From positions 126,235,256 through 126,299,255 of the forward strand of contig NC_052149.1 of assembly GCF_902713615.1 (NCBI RefSeq): a stretch of 64,000 nt of DNA, written 5' to 3'. Numbering within the stretch: position 1 is the first letter of the stretch; each line of letters begins with the position of its first letter. Below, piece after piece: positions 9,659 through 21,466 of this stretch. This stretch comes from Scyliorhinus canicula. Lineage: Eukaryota. The position numbers and the translations under genes are program-made. A model generated the notes under the pieces. The model was not told the origin of the DNA and searched no databases. It worked only from the letters and a program-made list of their open reading frames with translations.

Positions 9659-9987
9659 GCCGTGAGAATTCACAACCAACGCTGACCCTGCTGCCCCCCT
9701 CCCTGGAGGAGGTCAAGACCAAGAACACTGCCACCCTGGTGTGCCTTGCCAATCACTTCTATCCCGATGAGCTGGTGGTGGAGTGGAAGAAGGATGGTGC
9801 AGCCATTTCGGACGGGGTTCAGACCAGCAACTACCTGCGAGCTTCGGACAACACCTACAGCGTCAGCAGCCTGCTGACCCTCTCTGGCTCTGCCTGGGAG
9901 TCCAACGCCAGCTTCTCCTGTGCCCTCACCCACGTGAGCCTCTCCTCTGCCCTCAGCAAGAGCATCAGGAGATCAGAATGTGCGTAG
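9659..9987 (+). CDS. IGKC: Ig kappa-type constant exon C1 (S-RENSQPTLTLLPPSLEEVKTKNTATLVCLANHFYPDELVVEWKKDG...SFSCALTHVSLSSALSKSIRRSECA*)
   Basis: Acceptor TCTTTCAG|GC at 9658/9659, C1-set Cys-Trp-Cys pattern, penultimate Cys for heavy-chain linkage, TAG at 9985-9987. Confidence 0.96.
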
Positions 9988-10142
9988 AGTGTTAGAGACA
10001 GTCCACAGAGGAGACACAACTTTAAATAGAACAGGGGTGAGCTGGGAGGGCAAAGGTCATTGTCAGCACTGAATTACAACTCTCTCCTTCTCGGGACTGG
10101 GTCTGAGGCACTTCTGAGGGTCAGGGGTAAAGACATGTTTTT

Positions 10143-10218
10143 GGGACAGTGCAGAGGGATATTTACTCTGTACATAATCCCATGCAGCATTTGTCCTGGG
10201 AATGTTTGATGGGACAGT
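10143..10218. repeat. Single degenerate 68-bp satellite monomer in the C1 3' UTR
   Basis: GGGACAGTG..CTGGGAATGTTTGATGGGACAGTG, homologous to the 7-copy array at 34825-35306. Confidence 0.75.
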
Positions 10219-10491
10219 GCAGACTCGTGATGCCAAGTAAAACCTCTCCAAGATGCTGGAGACTGTCAGCTGTACCAAAATAACGTGACCCCTGAAATCT
10301 CTGCTTCAGGAAACCAGACCTCCTTCCTGCTCACCCTGCAGTTACAATTTAAGGTTTAGTCACCGTTTAAATGGACAGCATTCTCATGTCATTGAGAAAA
10401 TCTCCATATTTTCCCTGTGAATTTCTCCAGCTTCCTCTGGCTGGGCTGTTTATTCAAGTTTTTCTTCTGACATTGTAAATCTGTAAAAGGT

Positions 10492-10497
10492 AATAAA
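10492..10497 (+). terminator. Polyadenylation signal for cluster A
   Basis: AATAAA about 500 nt after the stop, followed by a GT-rich element (GTCTGTGTCTCGTGTGTG). Confidence 0.8.
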
Positions 10498-10759
10498 CAT
10501 TAAGAATATTCAGTCTGTGTCTCGTGTGTGCTTTGGAAATGTCCCTCCTCCCCATCAGCTGATTGGCGACATTTCAGCAAGTGATTGTCATGATTGGCTG
10601 GTTGGCCTGTCAATCAATGACACATCAGCAGAACATTGGATACAAAGACAATTATCAATCATTTTAAAATGAGCAGTTTGATCTGGAATCTCTGAGTTTA
10701 CAAGATTCAAATCAGAAAAGAGACTGAAAGTTGCTGGGATTAAATCATCACAATCACAA

Positions 10760-12030
10760 TTCTCCAACCCATATTCCCCACCTCCCCCTTGACCTGACCA
10801 TCTCACGTGGTCTCACTACTTCCATAGTTTCAATCACAGATAAGACCATCACTGATCACTTCCTTGTATCACTCCCCACCCACATCCCCCTTCCACACCC
10901 CAACCCGACCCCCTTCTGTATCCATCCCTGGGAAAACCTATTCCCCAATTCACTTCCAACGGCACTTTCAAAATCCCAACTATCTGTCTCTGGCCCTCCG
11001 ATCACCACAACATTTCTGCAGCCACTGATTTACCCAACCTCACCCTCACCTCCACCTTTGATATCCTCGTCCCCGATAAAACCATTCCTCTCTCTCACCC
11101 TGGCCGTTCCCCCTGCTACGGCCTCATATCCACACACTTAATCCAAGGCACAGAGACTTGAAAGGATCTGGTGGAGAACTGGTTTATCCATCCACTGTCA
11201 GATCCGGCTGGACCACTTCAAACACTCCCGGCTCCTACTCCCATCTGCTAAAACTGCTCACTATTCCAGGATCATCCTGGAATGTAAAGATAATCCCCGG
11301 GATCTTTTCTCAACTTCAGACCATCTTCTTAAACCCCTCTCCCCTGTCCCCTCCACCCTCACCTCCAACAACAAGTGGGAGGAGCTCATTGACGTCTTTG
11401 TCACTCAGATTGAGACGATCCAATCAGCTGCCTCGGCCACGTCCGTCCCTTCCACTAGGCCGTCTGGACAAACTTCCTCTAATTCTCCCCCCTGCTCGGG
11501 CCCTGAACTCACATCTTTCTCTAGTTTCTCTCCTATCTCCCCTCGTGCCCTCTCTGAGCTCATCTTGTCCATGAGACCCACCTCCTTCTCTCAGCTCTTT
11601 GGCTGCAGAAACCATCGCCCATGTCTCCGTTACCTCTGGACGTGACTATTCCCATACACTCCTGGCTGCTCTCCCACATCCTACCCTCCGGAAACATGAG
11701 CTCATCCAAAACTCTGCTGTCCCAGCCTGAACTCCCACCAAGTCCCGTTCCCCTATCACCCCCTGTGCTCACTGACCCACATTGACTCCTGGTCAAGCAA
11801 TGTCTTGATTTTAAAATTCTCATCCTTGTTTTCCAATCCCTCCATGTCCTCGCCCCTCCCTATCTCTGGAATCTCCTCCAGCCCCACAACCCTCCGAGAT
11901 ATCTGCGCTCCTCTAATTCTGGCCTCTTGTACATTCCTGATCAGAATCGCCCCACCATTGGTGGCCGTGCCTTCAGCTGCTCCAAGCTCTGGGATTCCCT
12001 CCCTGAACCTCTCCATCTCTCTGCCTCACA
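10760..12030 (+). mobile_element. L2-type LINE remnant with internal deletion
   Basis: Endonuclease-end motif LDLTISRG..ITDHFLV; pyrimidine-rich strand; 3' ORF2 region (..LRKHELIQNSA..FKILIL..GGRAFS..). Confidence 0.7.
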
Positions 12031-12477
12031 TTCCCCCTCTCACACTCTCCTAATTGTCTATCTCTTTGTCCGATCTTTGTTTTGTCTGAGCGATTGGCCC
12101 ACTGATCTCTGGGTGGTCACACCCCTCACTACCTGTTGTTTTCTGTGATTATGGCCGTTGTCATGAGATACACAGAACATCTAGTTGTTTCACTAGAATG
12201 ATGATTTATTTTATTTTTTTTAAATAACTTTTATTGAAATTTTTTGAAAAATATATATCAACAAAACAATACAATAATAACAATAACAATAATGATAATA
12301 AACACCCCCCGGCACCCGTAACAACGCATATAACAAACCCCCCACCCCCCCGCAACCCCAATAAACAACACAATAAATTAACAATAAGCAAATTAACTTA
12401 AACACTATCCCCCTAAACCACCCCCCCCCCCTTTCCCCCCTCCCCCCCCGGGTTGCTGCTGCTGCTGACCTAGTACC

Positions 12478-15400
12478 TTATCGTTGAGCCTGAAAGTCGA
12501 GGAAAGGCTGCCACCTCCTAAAGAACCCTTGTACCGACCCCCTCAGGGCGATCTTGACCCTTTCCAACTTAATGAATCCCGCCACGTCATTAATCCAGGT
12601 CTCCACGCTCGGAGGTCTCGCATCTTTCCACTGCAGCAAGATCCTCCGCCGTGCTACTAGGGACGTAAAGGCCAAGACATCGGCCTCTTTCGCCTCCTGC
12701 ACTCCCGACTCCACCCAACCCCAAATATCGCGAGTCCCCAACCTGGCCTGACCCTGGGTCCCACCACCCTCGACACCGTCCCCGCCACCCCCTTCCAGAA
12801 TTCTTCCAGTGCTGGGCATGCCCAGAACATATGGGCGTGGTTCGCTGGACTCCCCGAACACCTGACGCACCTGTCTTCGCCCCCAAAAAACATTCTCATC
12901 CTAGACCCGGACATGTGGGCCCGGTGCAGCATCTTAAACTGGATGAGGCTAAGCGAGTTCACCCTCTCCAGGGCGTCCGCCCATGTCCCCTCCTCAATCT
13001 GCTCCCCCAGCTCCACCTCCCATTTAGCCTTCAGCTCCTCTACCGACGCCTCCCCCACCTCCTGCATTACCTGATAGATGTCAGACACCTTCCCATCCCC
13101 AACCCACACCCCCGAAAGCACCCTATCCCTTACCCCCCGCGGGGGCAGCGAAGGGAACCCCTCCACCTACCGCCTAGCAAACGCCTTGACCTAAAGGTAC
13201 CTGAACATATACCCCGGGGGGAGCTCAAACTTCTCCTCCAGTTCACCAAGGCTCGCGAACTTCCCGTCAATAAACAGGTCTCCCAACATCCTAATGCCCG
13301 CCCTGTGCCACCCCAGGAACCCGCCATCCATGTTCCCTGGGACAAACCGGTGGTTCCCCCGCAGCGGGGCCTCCACCGAGCCCCCCACTTCCCCCCTGTG
13401 TCGCCTCCACTGCCCCCAAATTTGAGGGTGGCCGCCACCACTGGGCTCGTGGTGTACCTCGTTGGAGGGAGCGGCAGCGGCGCCGTTACCAGTGCCTTCA
13501 GGCTCGTGCCTCCACAGGACGCCATCTCCATCCGTTTCCATGCTGCCCCCTCCCCATCCATTACCCACTTACGTACCATCGAGACGTTAGCTGCCCAATA
13601 GTACCCAGAGAGGTTGGGCAGCGCCAGCCCCCCTCTATCCCTGCCCCGCTCCAAAAAGACCCTCCTTACCCTCGGAGTCCCATGCGCCCAAACAAATTCC
13701 AGAATGCTGCTGTTCACCCTCCTAAAAAAGGCCCTCGTTCGAAAATGGGGAGGCACTGAAACAAAAACAAAAACCTCGGGAGCACCGTCATTTTAACGGA
13801 CTGTACTCTACCCGCCAACGACAACGGCAGCATGTCCCACCTTTTAAATTCCTCCTCCATCTGCTCCACCAACCTAGTAAAATTGAGCTTGTACAGAGTC
13901 CCCCAGCTCCTAGCCACCTGAACCCCCAGGTACCCAAAACTCCTCACTGCCCTCTTTAGCGGGAGCCTACCAATCCCCTCCTCCTGATCTACCGGGTGTA
14001 CAACAAACAGCTCACTCTTGCCCAGGTTCAATTTATATCCCGAGAAACTCCCGAACTCAGCAAGAATCTCCATCACCTCCGGCATTCCCCCCACCGGGTC
14101 TGCTACGTACAACAGCAAGTCATCCGCATACAGCGGCACTCGGTGCTCCTCCCCACCCCGCACCAAACCCCTCCACCTCCTCGACTCCCTGAGAGCCATG
14201 GCAAGAGGGTCTATTGCCAGCGCAAAAAGCAAGGAGGACAGGGGGCACCCCTGCCTCGTCCCACGGTGGAGCCTGAAGTACTCGGACCTCCTCCCATTTG
14301 TCGCTACACTCACCATCGGGGCCTCGTACAGCAACCTCACCCATTTAATAAACCCCACCCCAAACCCGAACCTCTCCAACACCCCCCACAAGTACCCCCA
14401 CTCAACCCTGTCAAAGGCCTTCTCCGCATCCAATGCCACCACAATCTCTGCCTCTCCTTCTGCTACCGGCATCATTATCACATTTAGCAGCCTCCACACG
14501 TTAGTGTTCAGCTGCCTCCCCTTCACAAAACCCGTCTGATCTTCATGTATCACCCCGGCACACAGGCCTCCATTCTAGTGGCCAAGACCTTCGCCAGCAA
14601 CTTGGCGTCTACATTCAGCAGTGAAATCGGCTTGTATGAACCGCACTGCAAGGGGTCCTTATCACGCTTCAGGATCAGGGAGATTAGTGCCCGAGACATC
14701 GTCGTGGGCAGAACACCCCCCTCCCATGCCTCGTTGAAGCTCCTAACCAACAGGGGGCCCAGCAGATCTGCATATTTCTTATACAATTCAACCGGGAACC
14801 CATCCGGTCCCGGCGCCTTCCCTGACTGCATGTGGCCAATCCCTCTGACCAGCTCCTCCAACTCGATCGGCGCACCCAGTCCCTCCACCTGCTCCTCCTG
14901 CACCCTTGGAAATCAGAGCCTGTCCAAAAAATTCTCCATTCCCCCTCCCACCGCCGGCGGCTCCGACCGGTACAGTTCCCTATAGAAGTCCCTAAAGACC
15001 TCATTGACCTCTGACCCCTGCCGCACCACATTCCCATCTCTATCCTTCACTCCACCAATCTCCCTAGCCGCGTCCCACTTACGAAGCTGGTGCGCCAGCA
15101 TCCTGCTCGCCTTCTCTCCATACTCATAGACCGCTCCCTGCGCCTTCCTCCACTGTGTCTCCGCCTTTCTGGTGGTCAATAAATCAAACTTGGCCTGCAA
15201 GCTACGCCACTCCCCCAGCAATCCCTCCTACGGGGCCTCCGCATACCTCCTATCCACACTCAACAGCTCCCCCACCAGTCTCTCCCTCTCCCTCTGCTCC
15301 CCCCTCTCCCTATGGGCTCGGATGGAGATCAGCTCCCCCCTAATCACTGCCTTCAGAGCCTCCCACACCATCCCCACCAGGACCTCCCCAGTATCATTGA

Positions 15401-16272
15401 CCTCGAGTACCTCTTGATACATCCCCGAACCCTCCTACACAACTCCTCATCAGCCAACAACCCCACGTCCAGACGCCAAAGCGGGCGCTGATCCCGCACC
15501 TCCCCCATCTCCAGATCCACCCAATGCGGAGCATGGTCCGAAATCACGATAGCCGAATATTCGGCCTCCTCCACCCTCGGGCCCAGTCCCCTGCTCAGAA
15601 CAAAGAAATCAATGCGGAAATAAACCCTGTGCACATGGGAGAAAAAAGAGTACTCCCGAGCCCTCGGCCTCCCGAACCTCCAGGGGTCCACTCCTCCCAT
15701 CTGGTCCGTATACCCCCTCAACACCTTGGCCGCCGCTGGCCTCCTGCCTGTCCTTGAACTAGAACGATCCAGTAGGGGATCCAGCACCGTATTGAAGTCA
15801 CCCCCCCCCCCATGATCAAACCCCCCGCCTCCAGGCCAGGAATGCGGCCCAACATACGCCTCATGAAACCAGCATCATCCCAATTTGGGGCGTACACATT
15901 AACCAACACCACCCTCTCCCCCTGCAGCTTACCGCTCACCATTACATATCTGCCGCCACTATCAGCCACAACCTCAGACGCCTCAAACGCCACCCTCTTC
16001 CCCACCAGGATCGCCACTCCCCGGTTCTTCAAGTCGAGCCCTGAGTGGAAAACCTGCCCCACCCACCCCTTACTCAGACGGACCTGGTCCGCCACCTTCA
16101 GGTGGGTCTCCTGGAGCATGGCCACGTCCGCCTTCAGCCCCTTCAGATGCGAAAACACCCGGGCCCGCTTAACCGGCCCATTCAACCCCCTCACGTTCCA
16201 CGTAATCAGCTGGATCAGGGGGCAACCCGCCCCCCTCCCCCGTCGACTAGCCACAACCCATCGACTGCTCAC
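12478..16272 (-). pseudogene. L1 ORF2 (EN-RT), broken by frameshifts and stops
   Basis: Split across ORFs 15718-16272, 15353-15787, 14913-15221, 14550-14903, 13714-14553, 13130-13756, 12657-13166 and 12478-12870. Confidence 0.9.
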
Positions 16273-16883
16273 CCCTGGCCATCACCCATTCGGCCTGTTT
16301 CCCACGGCGATAGAACCTCACCCCGACTCCCCCGATCTCTTCCCTGGCCAATCCAGCAGCAACTCGGTACTCCCCCCCCCCCCCCCCCCCCCCCCGCCCC
16401 CCAGGCTAGGACCCCTCCTAGCCGCGACTCTCCCTCCACTGTACTCCCGTGAGCCAGCTGACTTCTGCTGACCCCGGCAGCTCCCGCTCTAACTCCGACC
16501 CCTCCCGATATGAGGTCCCCCCTCCTCCCCTGCATCAGCTCCTTGGCACCGCTTCAGCGCGGGAAACCCGGTCTAATAGCCACGCCCCTTGCCACCAGCT
16601 GCACCCACTCGTCCCGCAGCGTGGGAAACCAGAGAAAAACCCGCGCTTTCACACTGCCCCACCCCACCATCGCAGCTCCCAAACCGCAGTCCCAACCCAA
16701 CCACCAACTCCATACAAACAAAGACACAGAACAACCACAAACCCCAGTACCCACCTTAGAACATGAAACCATAACCAACATCGTCCGAAAGCGAGAGAAA
16801 AAACAGAAACAAACAGAATAACCCGCTACAGCAAAAACAATGATACATGAATAGAATAGAAAAACTCCCACAGCCCCCAATCT

Positions 16884-17663
16884 CTAGTTCGAGTCCAGCT
16901 TTTCAGCCTGCACAAAGGCCCATGCTTCCTCCGGAGACTCAAAGTAGTGATGCCGGTCCTTGTAGGTGACCCACAGGCGCGCAGGCGGCAACATGCCGAA
17001 CTTCACCTGCTTTCCATGTGGCACCGCCTTCGTCCGGTTAAACCCGGCTCTCCGCTTGGCCACCTCCGCACTCCAGTCCTGGTAGGTACGCACTACCGAA
17101 TTCTCCCACTTGCTGCTCCTCACCTTCTTGGCCCATCGGAGAACACACTCCCGGTCACTGAACCGATGGAACCGCACCAGCACCGCCCGCGGGGGTTCAT
17201 TCGCCTTAGGCCGCCTGGCCAGCACTCTGTGGGCCCCCTCCAGCTCCAGGGGCAGATGGAAGGATCCTGCCCCCACCAGCGAGTTCAGCATCACGGCCAC
17301 ATAGGCCGGCAGGTCCGACCCCTCCAGCCCCTCCTCGAGGCCCAGGATCCGCAGGTTCTTCCTCCGTGACCGAAGCTCCATCTCCTCGAACCGATCTTGC
17401 CACTTTTTATGAAGCGCCTCGTGTATCTCCACCTTCCCCACAAGGGCCGAAACCTCATCCTCGCACTCAGAGGCCTGCTGCTGCAACTCAAGTATCGCTG
17501 CACCCTGGGTTGTCTGGGTCTCCAGCAGCTTACTCGTCGTCACCTTCAGGGATTCCAACAACTCCCCTTTCAGCTCCGTAAAATAGCGCAGAAGGACCGC
17601 CTGCTGCTCCTCCGCCCACTGCCTCCACTCCTCAGGGGCTCCACCAGCCGCCATTTTGTCCAC
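16884..17663 (-). CDS. L1 ORF1p (coiled coil + RRM + CTD), open 259 aa
   Basis: RSRRKNLRILGL, LEGAHR, PRAVLVRF and YQDWSAEVAKRR motifs typical of L1 ORF1p. Confidence 0.85.
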   Translation of the reverse strand: MDKMAAGGAPEEWRQWAEEQQAVLLRYFTELKGELLESLKVTTSKLLETQTTQGAAILELQQQASECEDEVSALVGKVEIHEALHKKWQDRFEEMELRSRRKNLRILGLEEGLEGSDLPAYVAVMLNSLVGAGSFHLPLELEGAHRVLARRPKANEPPRAVLVRFHRFSDRECVLRWAKKVRSSKWENSVVRTYQDWSAEVAKRRAGFNRTKAVPHGKQVKFGMLPPARLWVTYKDRHHYFESPEEAWAFVQAEKLDSN

Positions 17664-17989
17664 CTTCCCCCGCTTTTCCAGGGGAGCTGCTGCCGTTTTT
17701 CTCCTCCTTCACATCCGCTCCCATAACAGTGGACCACATGTTTGGCTAACAATACCCTCTCTGTGTCCCCTCAGGAAAAGCTCTCCCATAATAAGCAGGA
17801 GAGGGCCCAGACGAGCGGTGAGGTGCCAGACTTGAGACTCCTCACCTGCTTCGAGGAGCGGGCCCTGGAGGTGACTGGTATGGCCGAGGACAGGGCGGTC
17901 ACCAACACGGAGAATGGCAGACGCCGCAGAGGTGAGGAACCACCAGGCTCCACCCGGAGGACTGCACAATAGCACAGTGGTTGGCACTG

Positions 17990-19060
17990 TTTCTTCACAG
18001 CGTCAGGGTCACTGGTTCGATTCACGGCTTGGTTCGCTGTCTGTGCGATGTGTGCATGTTCTCCCCGTGTCTGTGCGGGTTTCCTCCAATTCTCCCCCGG
18101 CCGAGCCCTGAATTCACATTTTTCGCTAGCTTCTCTCCTATCTCCCCTCATGCCCGTGTGCTGACCCTCAGATGCGGCCTCATCAGAGGGTGGAACTTGG
18201 CAGCCCCATGGGACGGGTCCGGGATGGCACTCAGTGCCCCCTCCTCCCGGTCGGCGCCCATAGGACCCTGGGGTTCACCTTGAGACGGAGGGGCAGCTGG
18301 TTTTGAGCCCCGGCTGCCCCTGCATCACCTGGCCCTGCCAACCCTGGCGGTTCCCCATGATCGTGGCGACGCCCTCGGCGATGCTCATCAGTGACTGGGA
18401 CATTCCCCAGTGACCGGGGGAGGCTCCGCAGTGCCTCGGCCATTCCCACGGTGCCAATATCGTGCACCAGGCTCTCCATTGCGGTCGCCACCCGAGCAGT
18501 GTTGGCCTCGGTGCCACTCATTGGCGGCGCGATCTCCTGTGCCCGTAGCCTCTGAGACTCCACCAATCGGTTATGGATCTGCTGGAGTGATAATGACAAG
18601 TCCCGCTGAACGTTCAGGTTGGTCCTATATCCCCGTCAGCTCTGGGTAACTCTGTACCACAGGCTCAGCATCAGGCTGGGGCCCAGCTGGGTCCTGGGTT
18701 CCAGCAGCCCTCCGACTGCTGTCTGGCCTGGGGGGGTTCCTGCCTCCACCTGATGTCCATCAGCAGCAGTGCGATTCTCACCAGATTGGGCCCCAGAAGC
18801 CTGACCTCTGACATTTCCCAGCGAGGTGCGTGGGGAGGGTGGGGGTGACAGCTGTGACACCTAGATCATCGCATCCTCGGAGATTTTTTCCGAGATAGTG
18901 TCCTAGAGGGTAGGGATGACAGCTGTAACAACTGTGCAACTATAACAGATGGATCATCGGAGCTCTCCTCCGAGGATTCTCCTCGGAGTCAGGAGATGGG
19001 GCTGCCCAGGATGAGCTGGCGCTGTTGGCTGCTGGATCTGCGGGAGAATGGACAAGTGGT
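17990..19060 (-). mobile_element. Mosaic of SINE and L2 pieces and a probable Harbinger-associated ORF remnant
   Basis: SINE head at about 17970-18090, L2 piece at about 18080-18150; ORF 18231-18599 has coiled-coil-like text similar in style to the 41.3-41.9 kb remnant. Confidence 0.4.
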
Positions 19061-19119
19061 CAATGGGAGAGATGGGTCAGTCAGTAAGACAATCACTACT
19101 CATGTTTGACTGGTCCTAA

Positions 19120-19300
19120 TAATAATAATTGTTTTTATTGTCACAAGTAGGCTTACATTGCAATGAGGTCACTGTGAAAAGCCCCTAGTCGCCACATTCC
19201 GGCACCTGTTTGGGTACACAGAGGGAGAATTCAGAATGTCCAGTTCACCTAACAGCACGCCTCTCGGGACTTTTGGGAGGAAATGGAGCACCCAGAGGAA
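19120..19300 (-). mobile_element. SINE 3' half
   Basis: Reverse complement ..GAATGTGGCGACTAGGGGCTTTTCACAGT..GCCTACTTGTGACAATAAA with (TTA)n tail; the same tail occurs at 22706-22896 and 39425-39720. Confidence 0.8.
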
Positions 19301-19442
19301 ACCCATGGGACAGGGCAGCATGGCTGTGTATGTGCCGCCGACAAGTGAGCCGGGGCACTCTGGCCCCAGAGCCACCAGAGGACACTTGCCAGGGGCATCA
19401 AAGGCCACAGGACGAGGTAAGCAGCTGGCTGCCCCCAACTCA

Positions 19443-20169
19443 GGGGCGGGATTCTCCGCCCCCCCGCCGGGTCGCAGAATCGCCTGGGGCCAGCGTCAAT
19501 CCCGCTCCCGCCGTGTCCTGAAATCTCCGCCACATGATAATCGGCGGGGACGGGAATCGTGCTGCGCTGGTCGGCGGGACCCTGCGGCGATTCTCCGGCT
19601 CGCGATGGGCCGAAGTCCCGCCGCTGACAATCCTCTCCCGCCGGCGTGGATTAAACCACCTCTGGTACCGAGTGGATTGGCGGCACGGGCGGGCGCTGGG
19701 GTCCTGGGGAGGGGGGGGGGGGGGGCGGGGGGGGGCGATCTGACCTAGGGGGTTCCCCCACGGTGGCCTGGCCTGCGATCGGGGCCCACCGATCGGCGGC
19801 GGGCCTGTGCCTTGGGGGGCACTCTTTTTCTTCCACCTTCACCATGGACTTCACCATGGCGGAGGCGGAAGAGACCCCCTCCCCTGCGCATGCGCTGGTA
19901 TGATGTCAGCAGCCGTTGATGCTCCGGCGCATGCGCGGACTTACGCCCGGCTGGCGTAGTCCTTTCGGCCCCGGCTGGCGTGGCGCCAACGGCCGTTCAC
20001 GTCAGCGGGCGGAGCGGAACCCCCTCCGCCGCGGGCCTAGCCCCTCAATGTGAGGGCTTGACCCCTAAAGGTGCGGAGAATTCTTTGGGGAGGTCCGACG
20101 CCGGAGTGGTTGACGCCACTCCAATACGCCGGGACCCCCGCCCCGCCGCGTAGGGGAGAATCCCACCCC
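19443..20169. mobile_element. PIF/Harbinger-like MITE
   Basis: TIRs GGGGCGGGGATTCTCC / GGAGAATCCCACCCC, flanked by TCA and TGA (near-match TNA-type 3-bp TSD). Confidence 0.75.
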
Positions 20170-21466
20170 TGATGTGCATTCTAGGGACACACCTAGACGT
20201 AGTGGTAGAACTTGGAGGGCCAGGCACGTCTAGGATCACTGAGGGCACTGGGGTGGGGTAGGGGAGAAGGGTTAGGTAGGGGGTGGGGAGTTGATGGGGT
20301 TGGGGACGGGGGGGGGGGGGGGGTTTGGGGTGCGTGGCATTATAGGAAAGGAGATATTATACAGCACATTAAATAACTCCTTGCACAAACATTACAATGC
20401 CCCTGTCACTTTCGTCCGCAATATGGGTTGACCCCCGGACTATTTGCCTAGCTTTCCAGGCAACCCCCTCTCCCAGCACCACCCACCCACCCTGGGGAGT
20501 GGGTGTCCCGGGAGTTGTGTCCCATCTCCTGGGTGTTCTGATGTTGGCTTCTGCGTGTGTGGTGTGTACTCCCACACAGTGTCCAGGCATCAAGGTCTGA
20601 TTGGGATGCTAGGCAATGACTCCCAAACGCTACATGGCCCACCAACCCACAGGAATCCACTTGGCATGTATCAAGTGCTCACTTAACCACAATTGCCAAT
20701 TTCCTATTAGCGATTGCCTTCAGCCGCTTAGCCAGAGTCCTCAGCAGTGGGGAGGGGTTATGGGTGATCGGTGGGGCAGACGGGCAGGGACTGGGGTTGA
20801 CGACAGAATGGGGTTGGGAACCAACGGTTGGCATGCTGGAGCCGCGAGTGATCACCCCCCCTAGTTGCCCCCCAGCGCTCCCCAACTCACCCTCCCATGG
20901 CAGCCACTCCTGCGGAGGATCCCGCCACTCCCATCCGAGGGCCTCCCATCCTCCACTGAGCACAGAGGCAGCAAGCCTAGCGCGTGTCATAATATACCCA
21001 TCAGTATATAAAGGTGCAGACACAGACTGACTGACACACAGCAAGACCAATCAACACACACAACACAGCAGCCAATCACCAGTTAGAGCACAGTCACTAT
21101 AAAGCCAGAGGGCACTAGTTTTCCCCGTTCATTCGGGATGCAGCCTCTTAGAAGGACAGAGCTCACAGCTTGTAGCACAGACTTTCACCATGTGCTAACA
21201 GTCTAGAGTGGTTAGGATAGGCATAGGTCTTCAGTTTAATCTAACATAGTGTCGACCTACAGTGAAAGTATGTTCAACAGTTCCCAGCTTAATAAAATAG
21301 TGTTGTACTATTACAAGTGTTGGTAGCCTGTCTATGTTACTGCAAAGGTAAACGCAGTCTCCACAGATCCAGAGTACCCAACACATCATGGTACCAGTAC
21401 ATGATGTTAGCATTTATTAGACCTACCTTCAAGTGATCTGCCTTCCACCAGCAATCAGCCATCCTG

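Larger units (their letters stand above)
12206..17720 (-). mobile_element. Near full-length L1-clade LINE (ORF1 + disrupted ORF2 + 3' UTR with A-rich tail)
   Basis: ORF1 at 16884-17663, APE endonuclease (TWNVRGLN..LQETH..NVYAPN..SDH), RT (QTGF..DAEKAFD..RQGCPLS..YADD), AATAAA and A-rich tail near 12206-12240. No TSD found. Confidence 0.93.

Noticed and set aside
13767-13775. Perfect nonamer ACAAAAACC
   Set aside because: Inside L1 ORF2 with no heptamer at 12 or 23 nt.
19170-19176. CACTGTG heptamers downstream of C1 as a kappa-deleting element (also 21721, about 39709, 48464, 49883)
   Set aside because: All lie within repeats, and none of those whose spacing I checked (19170, 21721, 48464, 49883) has a nonamer at a 12- or 23-nt spacing.
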